A program made the position numbers and the translations under genes. DNA of 64,000 bases from Acutalibacteraceae bacterium (lineage in GTDB: Bacteria > Bacillota > Clostridia > Oscillospirales > Acutalibacteraceae), in NCBI GenBank assembly GCA_045604205.1, contig JAZUNQ010000013.1:4230-68229 (forward strand), given 5' to 3'. A model generated the notes under the pieces. It was not told where the DNA came from. It was given only the letters and a program-made list of their open reading frames with translations, and ran no database searches. Shown piece after piece: positions 25,332-33,880 of the stretch (positions are counted from its first letter, which is position 1; each line of letters opens with the position of its first letter).

Positions 25332-26387
25332 ATGTTTCAAGGACTTTTTGATATAATTAATAAACCGCTTGGATATGTGCTTAGTTTTTTTGCAAATATA
25401 ATGGGCAATGATTTTGCCGCTGCGGTTGCTTTGTTTACGTTACTTGTAAACGTTGTTTTAATTCCACTTAGCATTAAAAGTCAGAAATCCTCTGTTCAGC
25501 AGATGCGTATCAAGCCAAAGCTTGACGAGCTTAAGAAAAAGTATGGCGACGACAGACAAAAAATGGCTATGGCTCAGCAGGAGCTTTACCAACAAGAAGG
25601 CGTTTCTATGGCGGGCGGTTGTTTGCCAATGATTATACGTCTTATGCTTATGATGAGTATCTATACCCTTATTATGTCTCCTTTTACTTATATGGCAGGC
25701 GCAAACAAGGCAGATATTAATGCCGTAAATACTGCTATTACAGAAACGATGAAGGGATATAAAGAAACAGACGAAGCAAAATACAATGAGTGTAAGATAA
25801 TACTTGAGGAAGCCGGTTGGGGAGAAAGAAACACCAACGCTGACCTTATGCTTACAAATATTGTAAGAAACAATCCTGACGTTGTAAAGCAGGTTTTATC
25901 TGAGGAAAAATATAAAGAAATAGAAGCTTCATATACCAAAATTATCGAAAAAGATAAGGAAGCTAACATAAATTATAAGCTTTTTGGTATTGAAGAATTA
26001 GACCTTACAAAGACACCAAAATTCAACATTAATGTTGTTGAAGGATTCCAACTTTTATGGCTTATACCAATTGGTGCGTTTGCAGCACAGATTATATCAA
26101 GCCTTATTTCAATGCGTGTTAATAAAATCAACAACCCCGATGCACCTTCTATGGCAGGTATGATGCTTATGATGCCGCTTATATCACTCTTTATCGGTTT
26201 TGGTTTGCCCGGTGGTGTTGGTTTTTACTGGATATGCTCTTCACTTATAGGTGGTCTTATTCAGTCGGGCGTACAGCTTTGGTACGGTCCTAACAAAATG
26301 CTTGCACGTGAGCGTGCTAAGGAGCTTGCCACACAGTGTGATTTTGAGAAAAAACAGTTGGAAAAATTCAGTAAAACTGACGAGTAA
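25332..26387 (+). CDS. yidC: YidC/Oxa1-family membrane protein insertase (long cytoplasmic-loop insertion, no lipoprotein signal)
   Basis: 351 aa with conserved TM1 and loop (ALFTLLVNVVLIPLSIKSQKS, MQELYQQEGVSMAGGCLP) and C-terminal TMs. About 100 extra residues lie between them. Confidence 0.88.
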   Translation: MFQGLFDIINKPLGYVLSFFANIMGNDFAAAVALFTLLVNVVLIPLSIKSQKSSVQQMRIKPKLDELKKKYGDDRQKMAMAQQELYQQEGVSMAGGCLPMIIRLMLMMSIYTLIMSPFTYMAGANKADINAVNTAITETMKGYKETDEAKYNECKIILEEAGWGERNTNADLMLTNIVRNNPDVVKQVLSEEKYKEIEASYTKIIEKDKEANINYKLFGIEELDLTKTPKFNINVVEGFQLLWLIPIGAFAAQIISSLISMRVNKINNPDAPSMAGMMLMMPLISLFIGFGLPGGVGFYWICSSLIGGLIQSGVQLWYGPNKMLARERAKELATQCDFEKKQLEKFSKTDE

Positions 26388-26407
26388 TATATTAGGAGGA
26401 CACTTTC

Positions 26408-27355
26408 TTGATTAAAGAAGCAATTGGCTTCGGTAGTACAGTTGACGAAGCAAAAGAAGACGCCATATTGCGACTTGGCGCTAAAATAGAAGAAGATGTA
26501 CAGTTTGAAATAATATCACTTCCCAAAAAGAAGGTATTGGGTTTATTTGGCGGCGCACAGGCTGAGGTAAAGGCCTACGTAGAACGCCCCGACAAGCCCG
26601 GCAAAAAGAACAACAAGCCTGCTAAAAAGGTTGAAAATGCTCCAAAAGCAGAAAAAAAGGCAAAGGCAGAAAAGCAAGAGCCTAAAAAAGCAGAACCAAA
26701 GGTAGAAAAGGCGCAACCCGAATTGGTTGACCAGTCACTTATAGATGCAAACTCACCTACAGGCAAGGCAATTGCATATCTTAATGCAATTCTTAAAGAC
26801 CTTGGTTGTGAAAACATTGAAATTAAGGCGGCAGTTCGTGATGGCGGCGCACTTATTGTGCTTGACGGCGAAGGCCTTGGCGTTATAATTGGTCACCGTG
26901 GCGAAACACTTGATGCACTTCAGCATCTTGTAAGCCTTGCGGCAAACAACTCCGGCGGATATTTTAAGGTGACACTCAATATCGGTGATTACCGTGAAAA
27001 ACGTGAGCAAACTCTAATTTCACTTGCCGGCCGTGTTTCAGAACAGGTAAAACGCAATTCACGTAATCGTGCGCTTGAACCAATGAGCGCATATGAACGT
27101 CGCATTATTCATACTGCAGTTCAGGAAATTGAGGGTGTAAGCTCGGCTTCTATCGGTGAAGGCAAAAACCGTCGTGTTGTTATCTTCCCCGAAGGTGGCA
27201 CACCCAATATGCCACGCCGTGACGACAACCGTCGCAGAAACTCACGTGGTGGTCGCAAACCGTCAAACGTGGTTTCAAACACACCTGCACGTGAACCAAA
27301 ACGTGATACCGACATTCCGCTTTACGGAAAAATTTCTGCAAACACAGAAGAATAA
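26408..27355 (+). CDS. khpB: Jag/KhpB RNA-binding protein (Jag_N, KH, R3H) with a K/A/E/P-rich linker and an Arg-rich tail
   Basis: 315 aa. TTG start after the RBS AGGAGGA. R3H region LEPMSAYERRIIHTAV. Sits in the conserved position after yidC. Confidence 0.85.
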   Translation: MIKEAIGFGSTVDEAKEDAILRLGAKIEEDVQFEIISLPKKKVLGLFGGAQAEVKAYVERPDKPGKKNNKPAKKVENAPKAEKKAKAEKQEPKKAEPKVEKAQPELVDQSLIDANSPTGKAIAYLNAILKDLGCENIEIKAAVRDGGALIVLDGEGLGVIIGHRGETLDALQHLVSLAANNSGGYFKVTLNIGDYREKREQTLISLAGRVSEQVKRNSRNRALEPMSAYERRIIHTAVQEIEGVSSASIGEGKNRRVVIFPEGGTPNMPRRDDNRRRNSRGGRKPSNVVSNTPAREPKRDTDIPLYGKISANTEE

Positions 27356-27364
27356 ACAAATATT

Positions 27365-27395
27365 AAAAGAGCCAAAAGATTTTGGCTCTTTTTTG
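27365..27395 (+). terminator. Rho-independent terminator
   Basis: Stem AAAAGAGCCAAA-agat-TTTGGCTCTTTT followed by Ts. Confidence 0.8.
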
Positions 27396-27447
27396 TATTT
27401 ACTGCTCCTTTTTTCGCATAATATATTGCGAAAGAAGGTTTTATTAT

Positions 27448-28827
27448 ATGAGTAATAAGTATTTTGGTACGGATGGCTTCAGAGGAGAAGTGAATATAGA
27501 TTTGACCGCCGAACACGCATACAAAATAGGTAGATTTTTAGGGTGGTATTTTGGCTCTGAGCTTTGCAAATCAAACAACAAAGCTGGAACGAAAATCGTA
27601 ATCGGTAAGGATACACGCCGTTCAAGCTATATGCTTGAATATGCTCTTTGTTCAGGTATTATTGCCTCGGGTGGCGATGCATATATATTGCACGTTACCA
27701 CTACGCCGAGCGTATCATACGTTGTAAGAACCGAGGGATTTGATTGTGGCATTATGATTACTGCTTCCCACAATCCTTTTTATGATAACGGAATAAAGCT
27801 TATTAACCGTTACGGCGAAAAATTTGACGACGATGCAACCCGTCTTATAGAAGAATACATTGACGGTAACTTTGAAAATCTGGGCATAAATGGCGATGAT
27901 TTACCCTTTGCAAAACGAGAAAAAATCGGTAAAATAGTTGACTACGTTTCGGGCAGAAATCGATACGTAGGTTATCTTATTTCCTTGGCTTCGCATTCGT
28001 ATAAGCATTTAAAAATAGGCCTTGATTGTGCAAACGGTGCGGTATGGAGCATAGCACGTGCTGTATTTGAAGCACTTGGAGCACAGGTGTATGTTATAGG
28101 TGATAATCCGAGTGGAACCAATATTAACGAAAATTGCGGTTCAACACATATTGAAAATTTATGTCGTCTGGTTTGTGAAAAGCGTCTTGATATAGGGTTT
28201 GCCTTTGACGGAGACAGTGACCGTTGTATCGCCGTTGATGAGAAAGGAAACGTGGTAGACGGGGACAAAATGATGTATATTTTAGCCTGTCGTCTTAAAT
28301 CTCGAGGAATGCTGTCAAATAGCACGGTGGTTGCAACGATAATGTCCAATAGCGGTTTTGTGAACAGCCTTAAAAGAGAGGGCATAAACTGCGAGCTTAC
28401 TACCGTAGGGGATCGTTTTGTATATGAACGAATGCAACAAAAGGACTATGACCTTGGCGGTGAGCAGTCGGGTCATATTATACTCAAAAAGTATGCAACA
28501 ACAGGCGACGGACTTCTTACCGCCATTATGCTTACCGAAGAATTGTGTGATAGAAAGCTTACACTTTCAAAACTGGCAGAACCGGTATTTTTATATCCTC
28601 AGTTTACAAAAAACGTACGGGTTACCGACAAGGATGCTGCAATGACAAATGAGAATGTGTTGAATGCCATAAAACAAACAGAAGAAAAGATAAACGGTAG
28701 AGGGAGGGTTTTACTTAGAAAAAGCGGCACAGAACCTGTTGTACGTGTTATGGTTGAGTGTGAAGATACTGATAATTGTAAAAAATATGCCCAAATAATA
28801 GCAGATACAATTTTGAAAAATATATAA
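27448..28827 (+). CDS. glmM: Phosphoglucosamine mutase
   Basis: YFGTDGFRG, the active-site sequence TASHNPFYDNGIK, and RKSGTEPVVRVMVE. The ATG at 27448 has the RBS GAAAGAAGG. The track ORF start at 27382 would run through the upstream terminator. Confidence 0.9.
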   Translation: MSNKYFGTDGFRGEVNIDLTAEHAYKIGRFLGWYFGSELCKSNNKAGTKIVIGKDTRRSSYMLEYALCSGIIASGGDAYILHVTTTPSVSYVVRTEGFDCGIMITASHNPFYDNGIKLINRYGEKFDDDATRLIEEYIDGNFENLGINGDDLPFAKREKIGKIVDYVSGRNRYVGYLISLASHSYKHLKIGLDCANGAVWSIARAVFEALGAQVYVIGDNPSGTNINENCGSTHIENLCRLVCEKRLDIGFAFDGDSDRCIAVDEKGNVVDGDKMMYILACRLKSRGMLSNSTVVATIMSNSGFVNSLKREGINCELTTVGDRFVYERMQQKDYDLGGEQSGHIILKKYATTGDGLLTAIMLTEELCDRKLTLSKLAEPVFLYPQFTKNVRVTDKDAAMTNENVLNAIKQTEEKINGRGRVLLRKSGTEPVVRVMVECEDTDNCKKYAQIIADTILKNI

Positions 28828-28832
28828 TTTAT

Positions 28833-28863
28833 AAAGCCGATAAATATCGGCTTTATTTTTTTG
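28833..28863 (+). terminator. Rho-independent terminator
   Basis: Stem AAAGCCGATA-aa-TATCGGCTTT followed by a T-run. Confidence 0.8.
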
Positions 28864-28914
28864 TTGAAAATATCGTTTAAATAAGTTATTATAATACTAT
28901 ATAATTAATGGGCG

Positions 28915-30519
28915 GTGTGCTATTTGAAAAATACTTTTCTTGATATTATAAGACAACCTGATGACATAAAAATTCAGACCGAAAATTCTCCCTTTAGGTT
29001 TGAAGAAAAAGGAGCGGTTAACAATACACGTGCTAAGGTAGAGTGTACTGCTTGCGACGGAGTTTTAAATATAATGCTTTATCCCAACGGTGATGAGGTC
29101 AAATATATTAAATTGCGTTTTAACGGTGATATTTCTGATGTTAACTCACTGCTTGGTGACTCACTTGTACGTAGTCAGACCGACGACGTGCTATGGCATT
29201 CTTTTTTACCGCATTATGAGATGCCGTGGTATTTTTATACCAATGACGGTGAGTGTCTGCACGGCTACGGTGTAAAGACCGGATGCAACAGCTTTGCCTT
29301 TTGGTATGCCGATCCCTTTGGTATAACACTATTGCTTGACGTAAGAAACGGTTCGGGCGGTATTAGCTGTGAACAGCTTTTGTGTGCGCAGGTGGTTTGC
29401 CGTAAGGGTATTGCGGGTGAAGATATGTATAAAGCGGCACACGAGTTTTGTAAGCTTATGTGCGATAAGCCAAATATTCCTACAACTCCGATTTACGGAC
29501 TTAACAATTGGTATTGGGCATACGGCGCTATAGAAGAAAAGGTTGTACTTAAAGAGGCAGAGTTTTTAAGCTTTCTTACCAAAGGCTTTAAAAATCGTCC
29601 GTTTATGACCATTGATGATGGTTGGCAGATAGCGCACGCAAAGGGTAAATACAACGGTGGACCTTGGAATTTAACTAACGAAAATTTTGATTCTATGCAG
29701 GCTACCGCTGAAAAAATACACGCCCTTGATTGCCGTGCGGGTATATGGATTCGTTTACTACTTACACTATCACATCTGCCTGCCGAGGCGGTTTACAATA
29801 GTCCTTATAATCCGAACGGTATTGTTATGGACCCAACGCACGAGTTTTCAAAGCAGAAGATTTATGAAGATGTAAACAGACTCACAAAGTGGGGCTTTGA
29901 TATGATAAAGCACGATTTTTCGTTCTTTGATTTGTTTGGAGCAACCCTTTCTGATAAAATGCCAAAGCATTTTTATGACAAAAGCAAAACAAATGCGCAA
30001 ATAGTAAAAGATTTTTACAAACTTGTGCAAGATGCGGCGGGTGACACACTTGTAATGGGCTGTAACACGGTAAATCATCTTGCCGCCGGTATCCACCAAA
30101 TACAGCGAAGCGGAAATGACACAAGCGGTCGACATTTTGAGTTTACACGACGTTTTGGTGTTCACTCTATGATGCGTGCTCCACAAAATAATGCATTCTT
30201 TAAAACCGACCCCGATTGTGCGGCATTTACCGAAAAGGTTTCTAAAAAATTAAACTTTGACTTTTTAGAAATGGCGGCAATTACCGGTTCGGCTACATTT
30301 GCTTCCGTAACACCGGGAATATTAGACAACAGGGAAGAAAAAAGACTGCAAGAAATTTTTGCCATTGCCGATAGCATAAAATACGAAGATTACGCTACAA
30401 TTTGTGATTGGACACGTACCGCAGTGCCTTCACAGTTTGAGTTTAAGGGTAACCATTACAATTACAATTGGTATGAGGATTACTCAGGCGCACGACATTT
30501 TGTTTCTTGGATGGAATAA
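28915..30519 (+). CDS. Putative intracellular glycoside hydrolase, clan GH-D (alpha-galactosidase-like) TIM barrel
   Basis: 534 aa with TIDDGWQ, WGFDMIKHDF and KTDPDC motifs, which resemble GH27/36-type catalytic regions. No signal peptide. The start codon is uncertain (GTG 28915 or TTG 28924). Confidence 0.5.
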   Translation: MCYLKNTFLDIIRQPDDIKIQTENSPFRFEEKGAVNNTRAKVECTACDGVLNIMLYPNGDEVKYIKLRFNGDISDVNSLLGDSLVRSQTDDVLWHSFLPHYEMPWYFYTNDGECLHGYGVKTGCNSFAFWYADPFGITLLLDVRNGSGGISCEQLLCAQVVCRKGIAGEDMYKAAHEFCKLMCDKPNIPTTPIYGLNNWYWAYGAIEEKVVLKEAEFLSFLTKGFKNRPFMTIDDGWQIAHAKGKYNGGPWNLTNENFDSMQATAEKIHALDCRAGIWIRLLLTLSHLPAEAVYNSPYNPNGIVMDPTHEFSKQKIYEDVNRLTKWGFDMIKHDFSFFDLFGATLSDKMPKHFYDKSKTNAQIVKDFYKLVQDAAGDTLVMGCNTVNHLAAGIHQIQRSGNDTSGRHFEFTRRFGVHSMMRAPQNNAFFKTDPDCAAFTEKVSKKLNFDFLEMAAITGSATFASVTPGILDNREEKRLQEIFAIADSIKYEDYATICDWTRTAVPSQFEFKGNHYNYNWYEDYSGARHFVSWME

Positions 30520-30520
30520 T

Positions 30521-30556
30521 AAAAAACACCCACGTTTTCAACGTGGGTGTTTAATT
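30521..30556. terminator. Bidirectional terminator between convergent genes
   Basis: Stem AACACCCACGT-tttca-ACGTGGGTGTT flanked by A and T runs. Confidence 0.8.
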
Positions 30557-30566
30557 TTAATCATTT

Positions 30567-31721
30567 TTACTGTTTAGATTTTTTGTTGTTCATAATTATA
30601 AGTATTATGCCAAAAACAATGATACTTACACAAAGCAAAACGAAAACAACAATTAAAATAATGCCGACAGGGCTAGCAAAAAATGAAGAAATTTTGCCGA
30701 GCGTTCCTGTTGTGTTTACTTGCGAGTCAGAAGCAGCGCTATTGGATTCAAGTTTTTGGGCATTAAGTTTATCCTGATAATCCTTTGTGTCCTCGACTGC
30801 TTCAAGTGGATTTTTTGCGCCAACGGTGTTATTTATACCGGGCTTTTTATTTGTAGTGCTGCTTGTAGAACCGGTTGTTGATGACGTTTGTTCACCCTGT
30901 GGGTTACTATTGCTCGAAGTGTCACTTTCTGACGAAGGGTTGTCTTTATTGCTGTCAGTAACTTCGTCGTAGGTGAATATAATTTCTTCAAAATGTTCAC
31001 CGCAGACTTTACAGTGACGTGACATAATACCGTTTTCTTCAGGGGTAGCGACTTTGTCTACTGTCCACTCTTCTTCAAGTTGATGGCAACGTGGCAAAAC
31101 GACTTCTTCAACATTGCCGCAGCGTGAGCAGGTGCGTGACTTAAGGCCGTCTTCGGTACAGGTAGCCGCTTTTGAAACCGACCAATCACCGTAACTGTGA
31201 CCTACTTTATCACATTCGCCTTCTACTGTTATGCTACCGGCAGTTATGGTAGGTACAATCAATACCTCTTTTGAATTAGAAAAGCAATTGTCAATTTTAT
31301 TGCCATACTTTTCATAGTTGGAGTTGCCAAGCTTTATTGCGTATTTGCCGGGCTTTGCATTATCTTTTATCTTAAACTTAAGTGATATTATGGTGCCGTC
31401 GGTTGTTTTGTCGCTGGTCTCTGAAATAGAGAATGCAACATAGCCTTTATCACTGTGATCTTTATATGTTGGGGTGCTTACAAAACCTTTGGTTACATCA
31501 ACAAAAGTGAATTGTGAATTGTCATAAGTAATCGAAAATGCCATTGCCATAATGCCGGGATTTTCGCTTAAAGATACGTCTATAGTAACCTCCTGACCGG
31601 CCGAAGCAGATGCATCAGAAATTTTTAAACTGGGCTTTGCGGCGGCAAAAACCGTAGTACACATAAACGTACATAAAATCAGGCAAAGAGCGATTGAAGT
31701 AAGTTGTTTAAAAATTTTCAT
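30567..31721 (-). CDS. Cohesin-domain protein with Cys-motif modules, an S/T-rich linker and a C-terminal TM anchor
   Basis: Signal peptide, then a cohesin-like module (SAGQEVTIDVSLSENPGIMAMAFSITYDNSQFTFVDV...DGTIISLKFKIKDNAKPGKYAIKL). Two C-x2-C units follow (CTEDGLKSRTCSRCG and SRHCKVCG). The TM segment is GIILIVVFVLLCVSIIVFGIILIIM. The ATG at 31721 has the RBS GAGGG. Confidence 0.75.
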   Translation of the reverse strand: MKIFKQLTSIALCLILCTFMCTTVFAAAKPSLKISDASASAGQEVTIDVSLSENPGIMAMAFSITYDNSQFTFVDVTKGFVSTPTYKDHSDKGYVAFSISETSDKTTDGTIISLKFKIKDNAKPGKYAIKLGNSNYEKYGNKIDNCFSNSKEVLIVPTITAGSITVEGECDKVGHSYGDWSVSKAATCTEDGLKSRTCSRCGNVEEVVLPRCHQLEEEWTVDKVATPEENGIMSRHCKVCGEHFEEIIFTYDEVTDSNKDNPSSESDTSSNSNPQGEQTSSTTGSTSSTTNKKPGINNTVGAKNPLEAVEDTKDYQDKLNAQKLESNSAASDSQVNTTGTLGKISSFFASPVGIILIVVFVLLCVSIIVFGIILIIMNNKKSKQ

Positions 31722-31898
31722 AAAAACCCTCATTTATATTTGTTCTTTAATTTAATATAACATTTTAAGTATAAAAAGTCAAATTCCAATTTGCTTGGTT
31801 AAATTTTACAAGACAAAGGGGTAAAAGTTTTGTTAAGAATGCCTATGTTATTTTATTTTAAAAAATGCTATAATTACAGTATCAAAGGGGTGAATGAC

Positions 31899-32387
31899 TT
31901 GCTTAAAATAGGCGACGTTGTAGTTTACGGTGCACAGGGTATTTGTAAAATTGATGGGTTTGACACAAAGACTATTGGCAAAACCGATATTGAATATTAC
32001 GTTTTAAAACCGATTTTCAATGATAATACAGCAGTTTTTGTTCCTGTAGAAAATGCAACACTTACTGCAAAAATGCAGAGTGTTTTAACCAAAACTCAGG
32101 CAGACGAATTAATTTGTAAAACAGACGGCATAGATATTATAAAGACAATCTCTGAAAATCAGAAGCGTGAATTGTATAAAACCGTACTTTCAAGTAACGA
32201 CCGTGAAAAATTAATATCGCTTATAAAAACAATCCGCCAAGAAAGAGACAGCCGACGTGAAAACAATAAAAAACTTAACATAAGTGATGAACAGATACTC
32301 AGAAAAGCAGAAATGTTGCTGTATAACGAGTTGGCATTTGTTTACGGTGTTGCTCCCGAAGAAGTAAAAAACATAATAAACTTTTAA
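31899..32387 (+). CDS. CarD/CdnL-family RNA-polymerase-binding regulator
   Basis: N-terminal Tudor-like motif IGDVVVYGAQGICKIDG...EYYVLKP...VFVPVEN. I prefer the TTG at 31899 (or GTG at 31890) after the RBS AAAGGGG, because a TG-extended -10 (TGCTATAAT, 31866-31874) lies inside the longer track ORF. Confidence 0.8.
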   Translation: MLKIGDVVVYGAQGICKIDGFDTKTIGKTDIEYYVLKPIFNDNTAVFVPVENATLTAKMQSVLTKTQADELICKTDGIDIIKTISENQKRELYKTVLSSNDREKLISLIKTIRQERDSRRENNKKLNISDEQILRKAEMLLYNELAFVYGVAPEEVKNIINF

Positions 32388-32390
32388 ATT

Positions 32391-32437
32391 AATCGGTGTT
32401 TTATGAATAAAACTTGCATAAAGCACCGATTTTTTCT
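32391..32437 (+). terminator. Rho-independent terminator after the CarD-like gene
   Basis: Stem AATCGGTGTTTTATG...CATAAAGCACCGATT followed by TTTTT. Confidence 0.75.
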
Positions 32438-32465
32438 TGACAAAAGCTAAAAATAGGAGTAAAAT
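32437..32465 (+). promoter_or_regulatory. SigA-type promoter of the aro leader and operon
   Basis: TTGACA (32437-32442), a 17-nt spacer, then TAAAAT (32460-32465). Confidence 0.6.
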
Positions 32466-32496
32466 CTTTCATATACTTTAGAGAGGAGACAAAACT

Positions 32497-32571
32497 ATGC
32501 TTTTTAATAATAACTTTTATTTTTATTACTTTAAGCAGGACTGTCTTACCTCTTTTAAGAAAGCAAACTAA
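32497..32571 (+). CDS. Candidate 24-aa leader peptide MLFNNNFYFYYFKQDCLTSFKKAN
   Basis: Strong RBS AGAGAGGAG 8 nt upstream of the ATG. Six consecutive Phe/Tyr codons at 32515-32532. Lies in the 5' leader of the aromatic amino-acid operon. Confidence 0.5.
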   Translation: MLFNNNFYFYYFKQDCLTSFKKAN

Positions 32572-32651
32572 TTTGCCCTTAAATTGAAAATTAAGACAGT
32601 CCGCAACCGTTTGTGCATAAAAATGCACTTATTGTGTTGGCGGATTTTTTT
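32535..32651 (+). promoter_or_regulatory. Candidate transcription attenuator with alternative antiterminator and terminator structures
   Basis: Antiterminator: GGACTGTCTTA (32538-32548) pairs with TAAGACAGTCC (32592-32602). Terminator: AGTCCGCAAC (32598-32607) pairs with GTTGGCGGAT (32636-32645) and is followed by a T-run to 32651. The two structures share 32598-32602. Confidence 0.5.
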
Positions 32652-32674
32652 ACTTTAATAGGAGATGTGAAACT

Positions 32675-33859
32675 ATGATTAATAAAGCTATGGCAGACCT
32701 TGGAAATCAACCCTCGGTAATAAGAGAAATTTTTGAATACTCGCTAAAACGCAAGGCACAAATAGGGGCCGAAAACGTTTATGACTTTAGCCTTGGTAAC
32801 CCAAGCATACCCGCACCAAAGCTTGTTGATGACACAATAAAAGAATTGGTAGAGTCGGGCGACAGTGTTGCACTTCACGGTTATACCTCTGCACAGGGTG
32901 CAATGCCCGTGCGTGAGCAGATAGCCCAAAACATTAAAATCCGTTTTGGCTTTAATGCTGCCGCAAAAAACATTTACATTACCTGTGGTGCGGCGGCTTC
33001 CCTTACATCAACACTTAAAGCAGTGGTAAATGAGGGTGACGAGGTAATTCTTTTGGCACCATATTTCCCGGAGTATAACGTATTTTGCGCAAATGCAGGC
33101 GCAAAAGCAGTTGCAGTGCTCGGTAAGGGAGAAAACTTTTCACTCGATTTTGATGCACTTGACAAAGCAATAAACAAAAATACGGCGGCAATTATTGTGA
33201 ATTCGCCTAACAATCCTACAGGCGCTATAATTCCTGAATGTGATATTGTTAAGCTTGCATCTTTACTTAACAAAAAAAGTCAGGAAACAGGCCGTGCAAT
33301 TTATATTATTGCCGACGAGCCTTACCGTGAGCTTACCTACGGTGATGACGTGCCATATATACCAAATTTTTATAATAATACTGTGGTTTGTTATTCTTAT
33401 AGCAAATCGTTGTCACTTCCCGGTGAGCGTATTGGTTACGTGTTTGTGTCACCAAACTGTGACGATAGTGACGACCTGTTTGCCGCTGTTTGCGGCGCCG
33501 CTCGCAGTATGGGTTACGTTTGTGCACCAAGCCTTATGCAGAGGGTTATCGCAAAATGTGACGGACAAACTGCTGATGTTTCGCTTTATAACAAAAACCG
33601 TGAACTGCTTTACGGTTCACTCAGCGAAATCGGTTATGAGGCAGTAAAACCGCAAGGTGCGTTTTATCTATTTATGAAGGCGCTTGAAGACGATGCCAAC
33701 GCCTTTTGCGAAAGGGCTAAAAAGCACGAACTTTTACTTGTTCCGGCAGACAGCTTTGGTGCAAAGGGATACGTAAGAATTTCTTACTGTGTAGCATATG
33801 ATACAATAAAAAATTCAATCCCTGCTTTTAAAGCATTGTTTGAAGAATATAAAAAATAA
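32675..33859 (+). CDS. Class I/II PLP-dependent aminotransferase (aspartate/aromatic type)
   Basis: 394 aa with the PLP-lysine motif YSYSKSLSLPGERIGY and NPTG. First gene of the aro operon. Confidence 0.88.
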   Translation: MINKAMADLGNQPSVIREIFEYSLKRKAQIGAENVYDFSLGNPSIPAPKLVDDTIKELVESGDSVALHGYTSAQGAMPVREQIAQNIKIRFGFNAAAKNIYITCGAAASLTSTLKAVVNEGDEVILLAPYFPEYNVFCANAGAKAVAVLGKGENFSLDFDALDKAINKNTAAIIVNSPNNPTGAIIPECDIVKLASLLNKKSQETGRAIYIIADEPYRELTYGDDVPYIPNFYNNTVVCYSYSKSLSLPGERIGYVFVSPNCDDSDDLFAAVCGAARSMGYVCAPSLMQRVIAKCDGQTADVSLYNKNRELLYGSLSEIGYEAVKPQGAFYLFMKALEDDANAFCERAKKHELLLVPADSFGAKGYVRISYCVAYDTIKNSIPAFKALFEEYKK

Positions 33860-33880
33860 TTTTTTGGGAGTCAGACTTGT

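Noticed and set aside
27382-27447. An N-terminal extension of glmM. Similar upstream extensions appear in the track for murB (8414), the XRE gene (4556), capA (18084), pyrH (42327), uppS (43665), dxr (45298), the cohesin gene (31733), carD (31830) and the small membrane protein (41700).
   Set aside because: In each case an internal ATG or TTG with a proper RBS gives the conserved N-terminus. The extensions cross terminators or promoters, or overlap the upstream gene.
32401-32628. A 75-aa minus-strand ORF across the aro leader.
   Set aside because: It covers a terminator, a promoter and the attenuator hairpins. The plus-strand leader-peptide and attenuator interpretation explains the region better.
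32437-32674. A T-box or other riboswitch in the aro leader.
   Set aside because: No T-box consensus (GGTGG...ACCGCG) or specifier-loop architecture is visible. The F/Y-rich mini-ORF with overlapping alternative stems fits peptide-mediated attenuation instead.
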